Source of the DNA: Candidatus Omnitrophota bacterium | GTDB taxonomy: Bacteria > Omnitrophota > Gorgyraeia > Gorgyraeales > Gorgyraeaceae | DNA length: 54,716 nucleotides | NCBI GenBank assembly: GCA_003485765.1 | Contig: DNHS01000035.1 | Coordinates: forward strand, 11,560-66,275 | Direction: 5' to 3' | In this document: piece by piece, positions 9,687 to 18,285 of the stretch | How the letters are laid out: the number at the start of each line of letters is the position of its first letter | How positions within the stretch are numbered: the first letter of the stretch is position 1 | Translations under genes and position numbers: made by a program | Notes under the pieces: model-generated | Told to the model about the DNA's origin: nothing | Seen by the model: only the letters and a program-made list of their open reading frames with translations | Databases searched by the model: none

Positions 9687-12062
9687 ATGATAAAGTTTAA
9701 AAAACCTTTCGCTATCAAGATAATATCAATCCTTTTAAGCATACTATTTTTATGCAATGCTTCGCTATGTGCTTATCCTGTTTCAAAAGATTTTTTGAGA
9801 GTACCCATCGGATACTATGAACGCCTACAAGAAACTGCAAAGGCTGCATATATTGAAGTTAAAACACAGGAAAAATTGTCCGAGATAGAAGAAGGACTGG
9901 ACAAGATACTAAAAGATAGAAAACAGCCTTTGAGTGATTGGACAAGAGATAAGGTAATACGACTTAGCATGTTGCCGTTAATCAACAAGATAACAAGCGG
10001 ATTTCTTAGAAATCTAGGAGATAAGCCTTCTCTAAGGCGCAATCTTTTTTTTGTCATGCCTTTTGTTAAATGGCTTTGTAAAAGATTTCTTTTAACTGTA
10101 AATATAGAAAATGAGACTAAATTTGAACCGGAGATGAATAAAATAGCAGCTTTTATTAAAGATAAGCATGGAAAAGGCATGAGTGTTAGCTTGGATAATG
10201 TCGGAGATGCTGCATTGTCTGAGGAATCAGCAGAAAATTATAAGCAGTTCTATATAAAAGTAATCAACTATCTGGGCAAAAGAGATGATATTGAGGAGAT
10301 TAACCTATCTCTTAAGTTTTCTGCACTGTGCTATGAGTTTACTAAAGTTACAAAAGTCAAACATGCCTTAATAGATATTTTACGCGCAGCAAGTTCCATA
10401 AAAGGAAAGAGGGTATTTATACGCATTGATATGGAAGAATATGCGCTTAGAGACATAACAGTAGATATATTTAAAGAAGTGATTGAAGAAAATTCGGATT
10501 TGGCAATAGATGAAGAAGGGAATCTAAGATTAGGCCTTGTTATCCAGGGTTATTTGAGAGATTCAGAGGGAGTTTTTAGTGGACTTTTAGATTGGGCGAA
10601 AAAAATGAACTATCGTGTGCCTGTAAGGCTTGTTAAAGGAGCCTATGATAAATATGAGAAAGAAGAAGCCAGAAAACGCGGTGACAAAAGTCCAATCTTT
10701 AATTATAAAGTATCCACAGACGCCAATTATGAATTATTAAGCGAATTTCTCATTGTTCATAGAGAATATTTTCAACCTGTCTTTGCGACACATAATATAA
10801 GGTCTATAGCCAGGGTAATGGCATTAGCAGAATATTATGGGCTTGAAAAATCTGAGCTTGAGTTCCAGATGCTACTTGGGATGGGAGATGAGATAAAACG
10901 GGCTATAGTTGGCATGGGATACAGAATAAGGGAATATGTTCCTTCAGGGGCATTGGCAAGGGGGCTTAAATATTCTGGCAGGAGGTTTGCCGAGCTTTGC
11001 AATAAGGACAATGCCTTAACCAGGACATTGAAAGGAGACTATAGACACCTCAAGGAGAAACCACAATTTGCAGAAGGAGATTTACCTGCTGCTCAGCGCA
11101 CGCAAGAATCTATGAAAATGTTAGAAGAAAAAGGAGCTGTTGTTATACTACCTGTTGGCATCAAAGCGTTAAAAGACGCCGCCGGCTTGCCATTGGTCAA
11201 TTTTACTCTTTTTGGCGGTAATTGGAAAGAAAGGAAAGATATTACTACCGAAGAAGAGGCACGGGCTAAGGCAAGAGAATTTAAGAAAAAATTTGCCGAA
11301 GCACAAGGTCTAGAACAAGCGATAATTGTAATCTTTCCAGAAGCAAAATGGATTAAGGCAGTTGTTGAAGAGTTCGATGGGACTAATATTGTTGTTGGCG
11401 TACAATCTAAATTCTTCGGTGATTACGCTAATCCAAATGACTTTACTCCAGAAAATTTACAGGCAAAGATTGACGAAGTAGTTGCGATGGGCGCTAAATA
11501 TGCCAATGTCGGTCACTCAATGCATAGAATAAAAGGTAAAGGTTTGAGTAACGAACAAGCTAATAAAATTATGAAAGCAATTTTAAAAGATGGCCGTCTT
11601 ATTCCTTGGTATACAATTGAAGTATCTGGTGAAAGAGATGCCTTAGAGGAAATTAGAGATGGGATAAATATAGGGTTAGATGATATACCCGAAGACCAAG
11701 TTGTTAATTTCCCGATAACACCCGAACCAACAGCTTTGATTAGTACTAAAACAGGCACAGGAGTAGTGGATACAAACATTAAAGTTGATGCAGTAGCTAC
11801 TGCTCATCTGTCCCGCTTAGTACTAGAGGCCTTAGAAAAAAAATATGGTCATTCAGTTACCGTAAATGTAGGTTACGGTGCAAGTGTAAAAGGCGAAAAC
11901 GCAGAAGGGATATTTAGTAATGAAGAGATTAAGAACGCCTTAATAGGTGGCGCAAGTTTAGAGCCACAGGACTTTTTTGATACAGTTATAAATGGAATGA
12001 AAGGCGCAGAAAAAGTATCAAATGCCGCCAGTGTACATCGTCAGCTAAGAGAGGATATATAG
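9687..12062 (+). CDS. Signal-peptide-bearing fusion: proline dehydrogenase domain plus divergent triosephosphate isomerase domain
   Basis: PRODH: IDMEE, VIQGYL, RLVKGAY, ATHN, EFQMLLGM. TPI: GGNWK, VGHS, PEP, YGASVKGEN, LIGGASL. Basic/hydrophobic N-terminal leader. Confidence 0.85.
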   Translation: MIKFKKPFAIKIISILLSILFLCNASLCAYPVSKDFLRVPIGYYERLQETAKAAYIEVKTQEKLSEIEEGLDKILKDRKQPLSDWTRDKVIRLSMLPLINKITSGFLRNLGDKPSLRRNLFFVMPFVKWLCKRFLLTVNIENETKFEPEMNKIAAFIKDKHGKGMSVSLDNVGDAALSEESAENYKQFYIKVINYLGKRDDIEEINLSLKFSALCYEFTKVTKVKHALIDILRAASSIKGKRVFIRIDMEEYALRDITVDIFKEVIEENSDLAIDEEGNLRLGLVIQGYLRDSEGVFSGLLDWAKKMNYRVPVRLVKGAYDKYEKEEARKRGDKSPIFNYKVSTDANYELLSEFLIVHREYFQPVFATHNIRSIARVMALAEYYGLEKSELEFQMLLGMGDEIKRAIVGMGYRIREYVPSGALARGLKYSGRRFAELCNKDNALTRTLKGDYRHLKEKPQFAEGDLPAAQRTQESMKMLEEKGAVVILPVGIKALKDAAGLPLVNFTLFGGNWKERKDITTEEEARAKAREFKKKFAEAQGLEQAIIVIFPEAKWIKAVVEEFDGTNIVVGVQSKFFGDYANPNDFTPENLQAKIDEVVAMGAKYANVGHSMHRIKGKGLSNEQANKIMKAILKDGRLIPWYTIEVSGERDALEEIRDGINIGLDDIPEDQVVNFPITPEPTALISTKTGTGVVDTNIKVDAVATAHLSRLVLEALEKKYGHSVTVNVGYGASVKGENAEGIFSNEEIKNALIGGASLEPQDFFDTVINGMKGAEKVSNAASVHRQLREDI

Positions 12063-12200
12063 GGCTTAATAGTAGTTTGTAGTTTTTAGATGGTCTGGAT
12101 TAAATGAAAAGGCTATAATATAGCAGCCTATCAGAAAAGGAATACCATAGTAGTACGGTTATAATATCTATCCTGCCTCACAGTCATTATTTTTCCACCT

Positions 12201-12314
12201 TAACCCCAGAAAACATCAACGTTTAGTTACCTTTAGTTACGTTCAGTTACCTTCAGTTGCATATACATTTTAGCAGGATTTTGACACTTTGCGTGCCAGA
12301 AGCGTGCCAGGATT
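12201..12314 (+). repeat. ~115-bp att-arm-like repeat, copy 2
   Basis: Aligns to 9460-9574, including GATTTTGACACTTTGCGTGCCA.AAGCGTGCCAGGATT. Confidence 0.88.
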
Positions 12315-12418
12315 AGTTAGTTACCATATCTTGAATATCCCACTTTTATAGAGTATACTTTATATGATACAGGGTATTAAACTAAAAGCCTAAAAAAGGC
12401 TATTTTTTTATCCAGATT

Positions 12419-13918
12419 ATGATAAAATTTAAAAAAGTTTTTAGTATTAAGGTCGTATCAGTAATAGTAGCTGCAACTTTCTTTTTGGGCTCAATAGCTT
12501 TTGGCATAGATTTATCTAATAAAGCTCACATTAGAACTCCCTCTATGGGAGATAACCAGAAAGGGAGAAATAGATTAAAAGAAGGATTAGATGCAATACT
12601 TAACCTTGATGGAGTAGTAGCGGAGAAAGAAATACAGAAGATATTGCAAGAGAATATAAAATATTTTGTTTTTGGCTATGACCCAGCTACAGGATTGCCT
12701 TATAACTATATGGATGTAGGTAAAAATGGAGCGATAATAGAACGAAAGTCAACTTGGATTTCTCCAACAGATGCCGGCCTATACTTAAATGTTCTTATAG
12801 CAGTTGCAAAGGGTGATATAGTTGCATCTGATTCAATGACTCCTGATGAGGCAATGAAAAGATTGCAATTGTTGATGCAGACCTTGAGGTCAATTAAGAA
12901 ATCAAACGGTTTTTTTTACTATTATGATCTTAAAAATGGAGGAGCGGTAGTTTCTGATTTATATGGCAGGCTTATTTCTACGATTGATAATGGAAATCTT
13001 GCTGCATCATTAGCTGTATTAGTCGGGGCATTTCAGGATGGGCCTGATGAACAGAGGATTTTAGCGGATATGGCTAAGAAAATGCTAACTGCAATGGAAT
13101 GGAATGAATTATATGACGCAGACAGAAAATTACTTATGGGAGGTTATTATACAGATGAAAATGGACAAATAAAAACGAGGCTTAAATGGTGTATTGACAG
13201 ATCGTATAATGAAGGAAGAATTGCAGCTGTGATGGCTCTCTTAAGCGAAAAAGTGCCACTTAATGTGTGGTCTATGCTTGAGACAGTATATGGTTCTTAT
13301 AGCTTTCCAGATGGCACAACAGTTGGGATAGTTAAAACATGGAATGGCAGTGCATTTCAGGCATGGTTACCGTTATTATTCTTTGATGAATTAAAATGGT
13401 CTCCACAGGGGTATGCAAAAGCACATAATAATTTTCTTGCAATACAGATAAATGAATCAGTAAAAAATGGGCTTAGTGGAGCACTTTTATCTTCTTGCTA
13501 CAATCCTGATGGAGAATATCGCGAGAATGGGGTATCAGTTCTTGCCGAGAGCGAAAATAAGATAGACTTAGATGTTGGCACGCCTCATGCGACAGCTCTT
13601 GCTTCTTTGGTTAATCGTCATACATCATTAATACTATTTAAGTTACTTGACAGTAAATGGCCTGATCTAAAAGGACCCTTTGGTTATTATGAATCAGTAG
13701 ATTTAGAAGGAAGAGTTTCAACAAGAATGACAGTTCTATCCCAGGGTATGCTTATTTTATCATTCGCTGGAAAAAATAGCCAGTATATGCAGGTATATCT
13801 TGAAACAATAAAAAAGCTAGCATTTATACAAAAGAGATATGGAGAAATGATATTTAAAATAGACGAACCTATACGTTATGTCTGGGATGTTTTGAAAAAA
13901 GTCAGAGACCAAATATAA
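12419..13918 (+). CDS. Secreted glucoamylase-like (GH144/GH189-type, beta-1,2-glucan-related) protein
   Basis: SPTDAGLYL, STIDNGNL, WNGSAFQAWLPLL, FGYYESVD and SQGMLILS resemble the cyclic beta-1,2-glucan synthase central domain; same leader as the 9687 ORF. Confidence 0.7.
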   Translation: MIKFKKVFSIKVVSVIVAATFFLGSIAFGIDLSNKAHIRTPSMGDNQKGRNRLKEGLDAILNLDGVVAEKEIQKILQENIKYFVFGYDPATGLPYNYMDVGKNGAIIERKSTWISPTDAGLYLNVLIAVAKGDIVASDSMTPDEAMKRLQLLMQTLRSIKKSNGFFYYYDLKNGGAVVSDLYGRLISTIDNGNLAASLAVLVGAFQDGPDEQRILADMAKKMLTAMEWNELYDADRKLLMGGYYTDENGQIKTRLKWCIDRSYNEGRIAAVMALLSEKVPLNVWSMLETVYGSYSFPDGTTVGIVKTWNGSAFQAWLPLLFFDELKWSPQGYAKAHNNFLAIQINESVKNGLSGALLSSCYNPDGEYRENGVSVLAESENKIDLDVGTPHATALASLVNRHTSLILFKLLDSKWPDLKGPFGYYESVDLEGRVSTRMTVLSQGMLILSFAGKNSQYMQVYLETIKKLAFIQKRYGEMIFKIDEPIRYVWDVLKKVRDQI

Positions 13919-14047
13919 TAACCTATCTAAAAATACATCTCGTCTCACTTATCTCAAAGTAGTATCAAAAAATATAAGTTTTTGTGCCAGGAAAGTGTGC
14001 CAGAAATGGCTTGGAAGGCAATTTTATCGTCTCTAAAATATGAAGTT

Positions 14048-14134
14048 TGGTGCGGAAGGAGGGAGTCGAACCCTCAAGGCTTTACAGCCACAGGCTTCTG
14101 AGACCTGCGTGTCTGCCAGTTTCACCACTTCCGC
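14048..14134 (-). tRNA. tRNA-Leu(CAG)
   Basis: Reverse complement GCGGAAG...CAGGT-CTCAGAA-GCCTG...GGTTCGACTCC-CTCCTTCCGCACCA. Confidence 0.96.
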
Positions 14135-14223
14135 ATTAGTAGTGAAATAAGTATACATTTATTTAGCCTATCTGTCAATTACCTTGATTTATAGCGGATT
14201 TTTGGTATAATAAATTCCAGAAT

Positions 14224-14676
14224 ATGGAATATAATTCTGTAGTTACCAATAGGTCTGCCAGGCGGGATTTTTTTATAATCGAGACTCTAGAGGCAGGCCT
14301 TGAATTAATGGGTACAGAGGTAAAATCAATACGTTCTGGAAAAGCAAGTCTGGCTGAGAGTTTTGCAAAGGTTGAAGACGGCGAGATTTTTCTTTATCAT
14401 ATGCATGTAAGTCCTTACGAATATGATAGTAAAGAACAAGATGCTCTTAGACCAAAGAAACTGCTTTTACACAAAAAGCAGATAGAGTATTTATCAGGCC
14501 AGGTTTTGCAAAAACGTTTAGCCCTCATCCCATTAAAGACTTATTTTAAAAATGGGTTTGTAAAGGTAGAGCTTGGCCTGGCACAAGGCAAAAAGCAATA
14601 CGATAAACGCGAGACAATAAAGAAAAGAGAATCAGATAGAGCTTTAGCAAGGGCAAAGAGAAGTAAATTGCAATAA
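14224..14676 (+). CDS. smpB: SsrA-binding protein SmpB
   Basis: EAGLELMGTEVKSIR, KLLLHKKQI, GKKQYDKRETIK; adjacent to tmRNA. Confidence 0.98.
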   Translation: MEYNSVVTNRSARRDFFIIETLEAGLELMGTEVKSIRSGKASLAESFAKVEDGEIFLYHMHVSPYEYDSKEQDALRPKKLLLHKKQIEYLSGQVLQKRLALIPLKTYFKNGFVKVELGLAQGKKQYDKRETIKKRESDRALARAKRSKLQ

Positions 14677-14711
14677 ACAAGTAGCGAAGTCAAATTTTGC
14701 TTTGCAAATTC

Positions 14712-15103
14712 GGGGGCGAAAGGTTTCGACTTTGATAGGCTTGGTAAGAGCAGCATGTTGAGGTTGCGAGGAGGCCTCATTAAACACCTTGCACAAATTA
14801 AACGCCAACTACAATGCAGTAGCTGAAGCGGAAGCGATCCTTGCTTCTAGCGAGGCGGTAGCTGTTGCCTAATTAGGCAACCCGTTTACAGGTCCAGCCT
14901 GCGGGATCTGATAAACGCCGTTAGCAGGCTGGTTCGCCAACTTTATGCTTTTTAGTGGCGGACGAGGAGCATAGAAAAGGCTATGTCCTGTATAATCCCG
15001 CTTATTGGAGAATGCAGGCCGAGACGGAAAAAGTAAGCTAAGCATGTAGATACTCTTATTGGGATATTGAAGGACGCGGATTCGAATTCCGCCGCCTCCA
15101 CCA
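14712..15103 (+). ncRNA. ssrA: tmRNA; tag ORF 14804-14872 (ANYNAVAEAEAILASSEAVAVA*)
   Basis: 5' GGGGGCG pairs with 3' CGCCTCC-ACCA (G.U wobble); TTCGAC D-loop analogue; GCGGATTCGAATTCCGC T arm; Ala-rich tag. Confidence 0.95.
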
Positions 15104-15616
15104 CATTGACCAATTCGAAACTTTATCCCTGTCATCCAATAGGGCAAGGGTTTGAATCCTGGTGTGAGCCACGTAATAGGGCTTGAATTTTTTCTCACCG
15201 TCAACAATGCTATAAAAATCCTCATTACTATCAGAGACCGGCTCAAGCTGTACGGTTCCCAGAAGGGCTTTTAGAGCTAAAGCGGAAGAGCAGGTGTTTT
15301 TATCCAGTGTTTGATGGAGGTTTTCCAGCCTGTCTTTTATCCATTCTTTTGGGGGAGCCTTAAAGGTATTCTGCCTCTGGAATTCTAAGGATTTAATATC
15401 TTCTTTTAAATTCTCGCTTTTTATCTCTACTTCTTTTAACGCTTCGGATACGGCCTTTGAGAAATTACCCACTTTAATATAATTCAGGTAATTCCGCATT
15501 TCCTGGAGCACTTTCTCATTCTCAGACTTCTTTTTCTTGATAAGCTCAGGCACTTCATTCATGCCGGAGGACACCAGTTTTTCTACTTTCTCATAAACAT
15601 AGCTTAAATTCTCCAA
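15056..15616 (-). pseudogene. C-terminal remnant of a probable large serine recombinase, reading into tmRNA
   Basis: Coiled-coil region ending WWRRRNSNPRP (antisense of tmRNA 3' end); no catalytic N-terminal domain or convincing start. Confidence 0.65.
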
Positions 15617-15630
15617 ATTAAAAAATATTA

Positions 15631-15668
15631 AAAATATTTGAAAGAAAACCGCCTCTGGATGTGTCTAT
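15631..15668 (+). promoter_or_regulatory. Conserved GAAA...GTCTAT element (ECF-sigma-like promoter), copy 1
   Basis: 32/38 identical to 37459-37496. Confidence 0.5.
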
Positions 15669-15738
15669 ATTATAGGACATGAGATTGCTTCGGCCGCCAA
15701 AGGATTGACGGCCCGCAATGACAAACATGGAGGCGGGT

Positions 15739-16269
15739 ATGGGGGAGTTGGTTCCGGAAGAAGTGATTGAGCGGAAGATATTTATGATTCGTGGACATAA
15801 GGTAATGCTGGATAGGGACTTAGCAGAACTTTATGGGGTAGAAACAAGGGTTTTGAATCAAGCAGTTAGAAGAAACATAGACCATTTCCCAGAGGATTTT
15901 ATGCTTTCTCTGACTAGAGAAGAAATATTGAACTTATCACAGATTGTGATAAGTTCAAAGATTAAGCATGCTCCTAGTGTTTTTGTTTTTACGGAACAAG
16001 GAGTGGCAATGCTTTCCAGTGTGCTCAATAGCAAAAGGGCTGTTCATGTCAATATTCAGATTATGAGGGCATTTGTTAAACTAAGACAGATTCTGTTTAT
16101 GAATAAAGAACTTGCGCATAAACTGGCGGAACTCGAAAGAAAGATTGGAAAGCACGATGCTGATATACAGGCTATATTTGAGGCTATTCGCAGGCTTGCC
16201 GCGCCTCAGCCGGTAAAGTCGAAGCCTCAGATAGGCTTCAAATCTGATCCCGACTGGAAATCACCCTGA
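15739..16269 (+). CDS. ORF6N domain DNA-binding protein
   Basis: IRGHKVMLDRDLAELYGVETRVLNQAVRRN, FTEQGVAMLSSVLNS; ATG after GGAGG. Confidence 0.92.
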   Translation: MGELVPEEVIERKIFMIRGHKVMLDRDLAELYGVETRVLNQAVRRNIDHFPEDFMLSLTREEILNLSQIVISSKIKHAPSVFVFTEQGVAMLSSVLNSKRAVHVNIQIMRAFVKLRQILFMNKELAHKLAELERKIGKHDADIQAIFEAIRRLAAPQPVKSKPQIGFKSDPDWKSP

Positions 16270-16363
16270 ACTTGATTAATTGAAAATATGTGATATACTC
16301 TATTTACAATTAAATAGCGGTCCCGAGTTTGGAAGGGGTAAATCCCGGACATTAAAAAAGTAA

Positions 16364-16398
16364 AACCTTCATAGGAGAAATTCTTGTGAAGGTTTTTT
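16364..16398 (+). terminator. Intrinsic terminator-like hairpin within the 5' leader of the 16504 gene
   Basis: AAAACCTTCATAGGA-GAAAT-TCTTGTGAAGGTTTT with T run. Confidence 0.6.
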
Positions 16399-16503
16399 GT
16401 ATTTTAAAGGCCTTCAAGTCGTATGTTAGAAGGGGGAAGCTGCGACTTTAAAATAATTAAAACCTTCTTTGTTTAAATTTAGCAATAAAACAAAGGAGGC
16501 TAT

Positions 16504-17088
16504 ATGGCTATTGTGAAGTTAGTTAAAGTCCCGCTTGTAATTCTGGTATCTCTTGCCGCAACGTTTCTTTTCTCTATCAATATTTCTGCGTTTTCGACAA
16601 GTCAGTTTCCTTTAAATAAAGGGGATATATTGGTATACCAAGAAGAGCTGGTGGATCAGGGCTTGGTATATGACTTTGAGGTAGAGCATAAACCTATAAA
16701 AGGCTACATAGAATTTTATGAGATCTACAATAAGTACGCCAATGAAAAGGTAAGGGTCGGGAAAAGAAAAACCTTTCATAAAGAAAAGCTCTTATTAAAA
16801 GAAGAAGGCCTAAGGTATGGTTTTCCTTTAAAGGTAGGGTTAAAATGGGATGAAGAAAGTGATTTTAAACGAAATGACAATATGTATTGTTGGTATGTTG
16901 AAAAAATAGAAGACGTGACTGTTCCTGCAGGGACTTTCAAAGATTGTTTTAAGATAGTTTATGATACATGTCCGGATACTACCGCAGAATGGTATTATCC
17001 AGGCGTAGGCATTATCAAATACGAATATTGCCACCACGGAACTATAACTAATGAAACAAGAGAATTGATTAAGATTGTTAGAAAATGA
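16504..17088 (+). CDS. Secreted hypothetical protein (TVPAGTF beta-rich family)
   Basis: RBS AAGGAGG; signal peptide; EDVTVPAGTFKDC...WYYPGVGIIK motif. Confidence 0.7.
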   Translation: MAIVKLVKVPLVILVSLAATFLFSINISAFSTSQFPLNKGDILVYQEELVDQGLVYDFEVEHKPIKGYIEFYEIYNKYANEKVRVGKRKTFHKEKLLLKEEGLRYGFPLKVGLKWDEESDFKRNDNMYCWYVEKIEDVTVPAGTFKDCFKIVYDTCPDTTAEWYYPGVGIIKYEYCHHGTITNETRELIKIVRK

Positions 17089-17145
17089 GAATCCTGCGAA
17101 AGGTTTTTATTTTATGGCTTAGAATTGTAAACAAAAGGAGGATGT

Positions 17146-17898
17146 ATGGAAGGGATTAAGGTTTTAAGAAGTACTCAGATAATTATTCTGGGAGTATGTT
17201 TTGTGGTGGCAACCATAGTATCTACAGTGATATTTTCGCAAGGACTTATTAAGATCAAAAAATTCTCAAGCGAGGTAATAAAAGTAACAGGCTCGGCTGA
17301 AAAAAATATCGTATCAGACTACATGGTGTGGACATCAAGTTTTTCAAGAAAAGATTTAAAGATGGTGGATGCTTTCAGCAAGCTAAAAGAAGATCTGGTT
17401 ATGGTAAAAGAATATCTTTCCAATAACGGAGTAACGCAAGAAGAGCTTATTATATATCCAGTGGCTACCGAGGTGTTATATAAGAAGACTGAGAAAGGAA
17501 CCAATACAAATGAAATTGAAGGCTATCGCCTGACTCAGGGCTTAGAAATGCGCTCCAAGGATGTTACAAAAACAACTGATATTTCGAGGCGGTCTACAGA
17601 GCTTATAGAAAAAGGCATAGAATTTATGTCTTATGCCCCGGAATATTTCTATACAAAACTTCCAGAACTTAAACTTGAAATGCTCGCAGAAGCAACTTCA
17701 AATGCCAAGAAAAGAGCCGAGCAGATGGCTGTTTCAACTGGCAACAAGATAGGTGTTATGCGTTCAGCCAGGATGGGAGTTTTCCAGATAACGCCTGTTA
17801 ATTCTTTTGATGTATCTGATTATGGGTATAACGATACAAGTTCATTGGAGAAGAAAGTCAACGCCGTGGTAAATGTAGAATTTGCTATTTCGGAATAG
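17146..17898 (+). CDS. SIMPL (DUF541) domain protein
   Basis: TM anchor; IKVTGSAE, ATSNAKKRAEQMA, SARMGVFQIT. Confidence 0.88.
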   Translation: MEGIKVLRSTQIIILGVCFVVATIVSTVIFSQGLIKIKKFSSEVIKVTGSAEKNIVSDYMVWTSSFSRKDLKMVDAFSKLKEDLVMVKEYLSNNGVTQEELIIYPVATEVLYKKTEKGTNTNEIEGYRLTQGLEMRSKDVTKTTDISRRSTELIEKGIEFMSYAPEYFYTKLPELKLEMLAEATSNAKKRAEQMAVSTGNKIGVMRSARMGVFQITPVNSFDVSDYGYNDTSSLEKKVNAVVNVEFAISE

Positions 17899-17994
17899 TT
17901 GAAAAGGCACATTAATAGTTTATTGTAAGGTCAACTTCTATTGACACCCATAATCAAAAAGGGCTACAATAGGCATATATAAAGGAAACTTAAA

Positions 17995-18285
17995 ATGCCT
18001 GCCTATACTTGTAATAATTGCATTAATCTTAAAACAAAGCTAATCACCAAAAAAGATATAAGTAATATTAATAAGAAAACGGTCCAAGGTGCTATTAAAA
18101 AGCACGATATCGAGTTTTTAGGCTTAATGTTTCCTTTTAACCTTACTGCTTATAAAAGAATAACTAAGTACGGTGAATGTAAAGCAATCTATTGCAGTGA
18201 ACATATACTCCAAAGAGATCTTTATATTCATAAAGATAATTCTAATATAATTCCAGAGGTAAAGCCTTGCCCAAAGTACAAATAA
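17995..18285 (+). CDS. Small Cys-rich hypothetical protein
   Basis: CNNC and further Cys residues; upstream TTGACA...TACAAT promoter; overlaps cobB start. Confidence 0.55.
   Translation: MPAYTCNNCINLKTKLITKKDISNINKKTVQGAIKKHDIEFLGLMFPFNLTAYKRITKYGECKAIYCSEHILQRDLYIHKDNSNIIPEVKPCPKYK

Larger units (their letters stand above)
7227..14066. mobile_element. Tandem integrase-less islands inserted at the 3' end of tRNA-Leu(CAG)
   Basis: tRNA 3'-end sequence TGGTGCGGAAGGAGGGAGT at 14048-14066 recurs at 7227-7245 (19 bp) and 9406-9421 (16 bp); no integrase ORF in between. Confidence 0.85.

Noticed and set aside
9460-12314. Phased short repeats as a CRISPR array or integron attC sites
   Set aside because: No unique spacers, cas genes or intI, and no attC-like palindrome; they fit att arms better
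14869-15246. 125-aa minus-strand ORF
   Set aside because: Antisense to tmRNA and out of frame with the recombinase remnant
15739-16269. Prophage call from ORF6N and the Gp49-like toxin
   Set aside because: No structural, terminase or replication genes in the window
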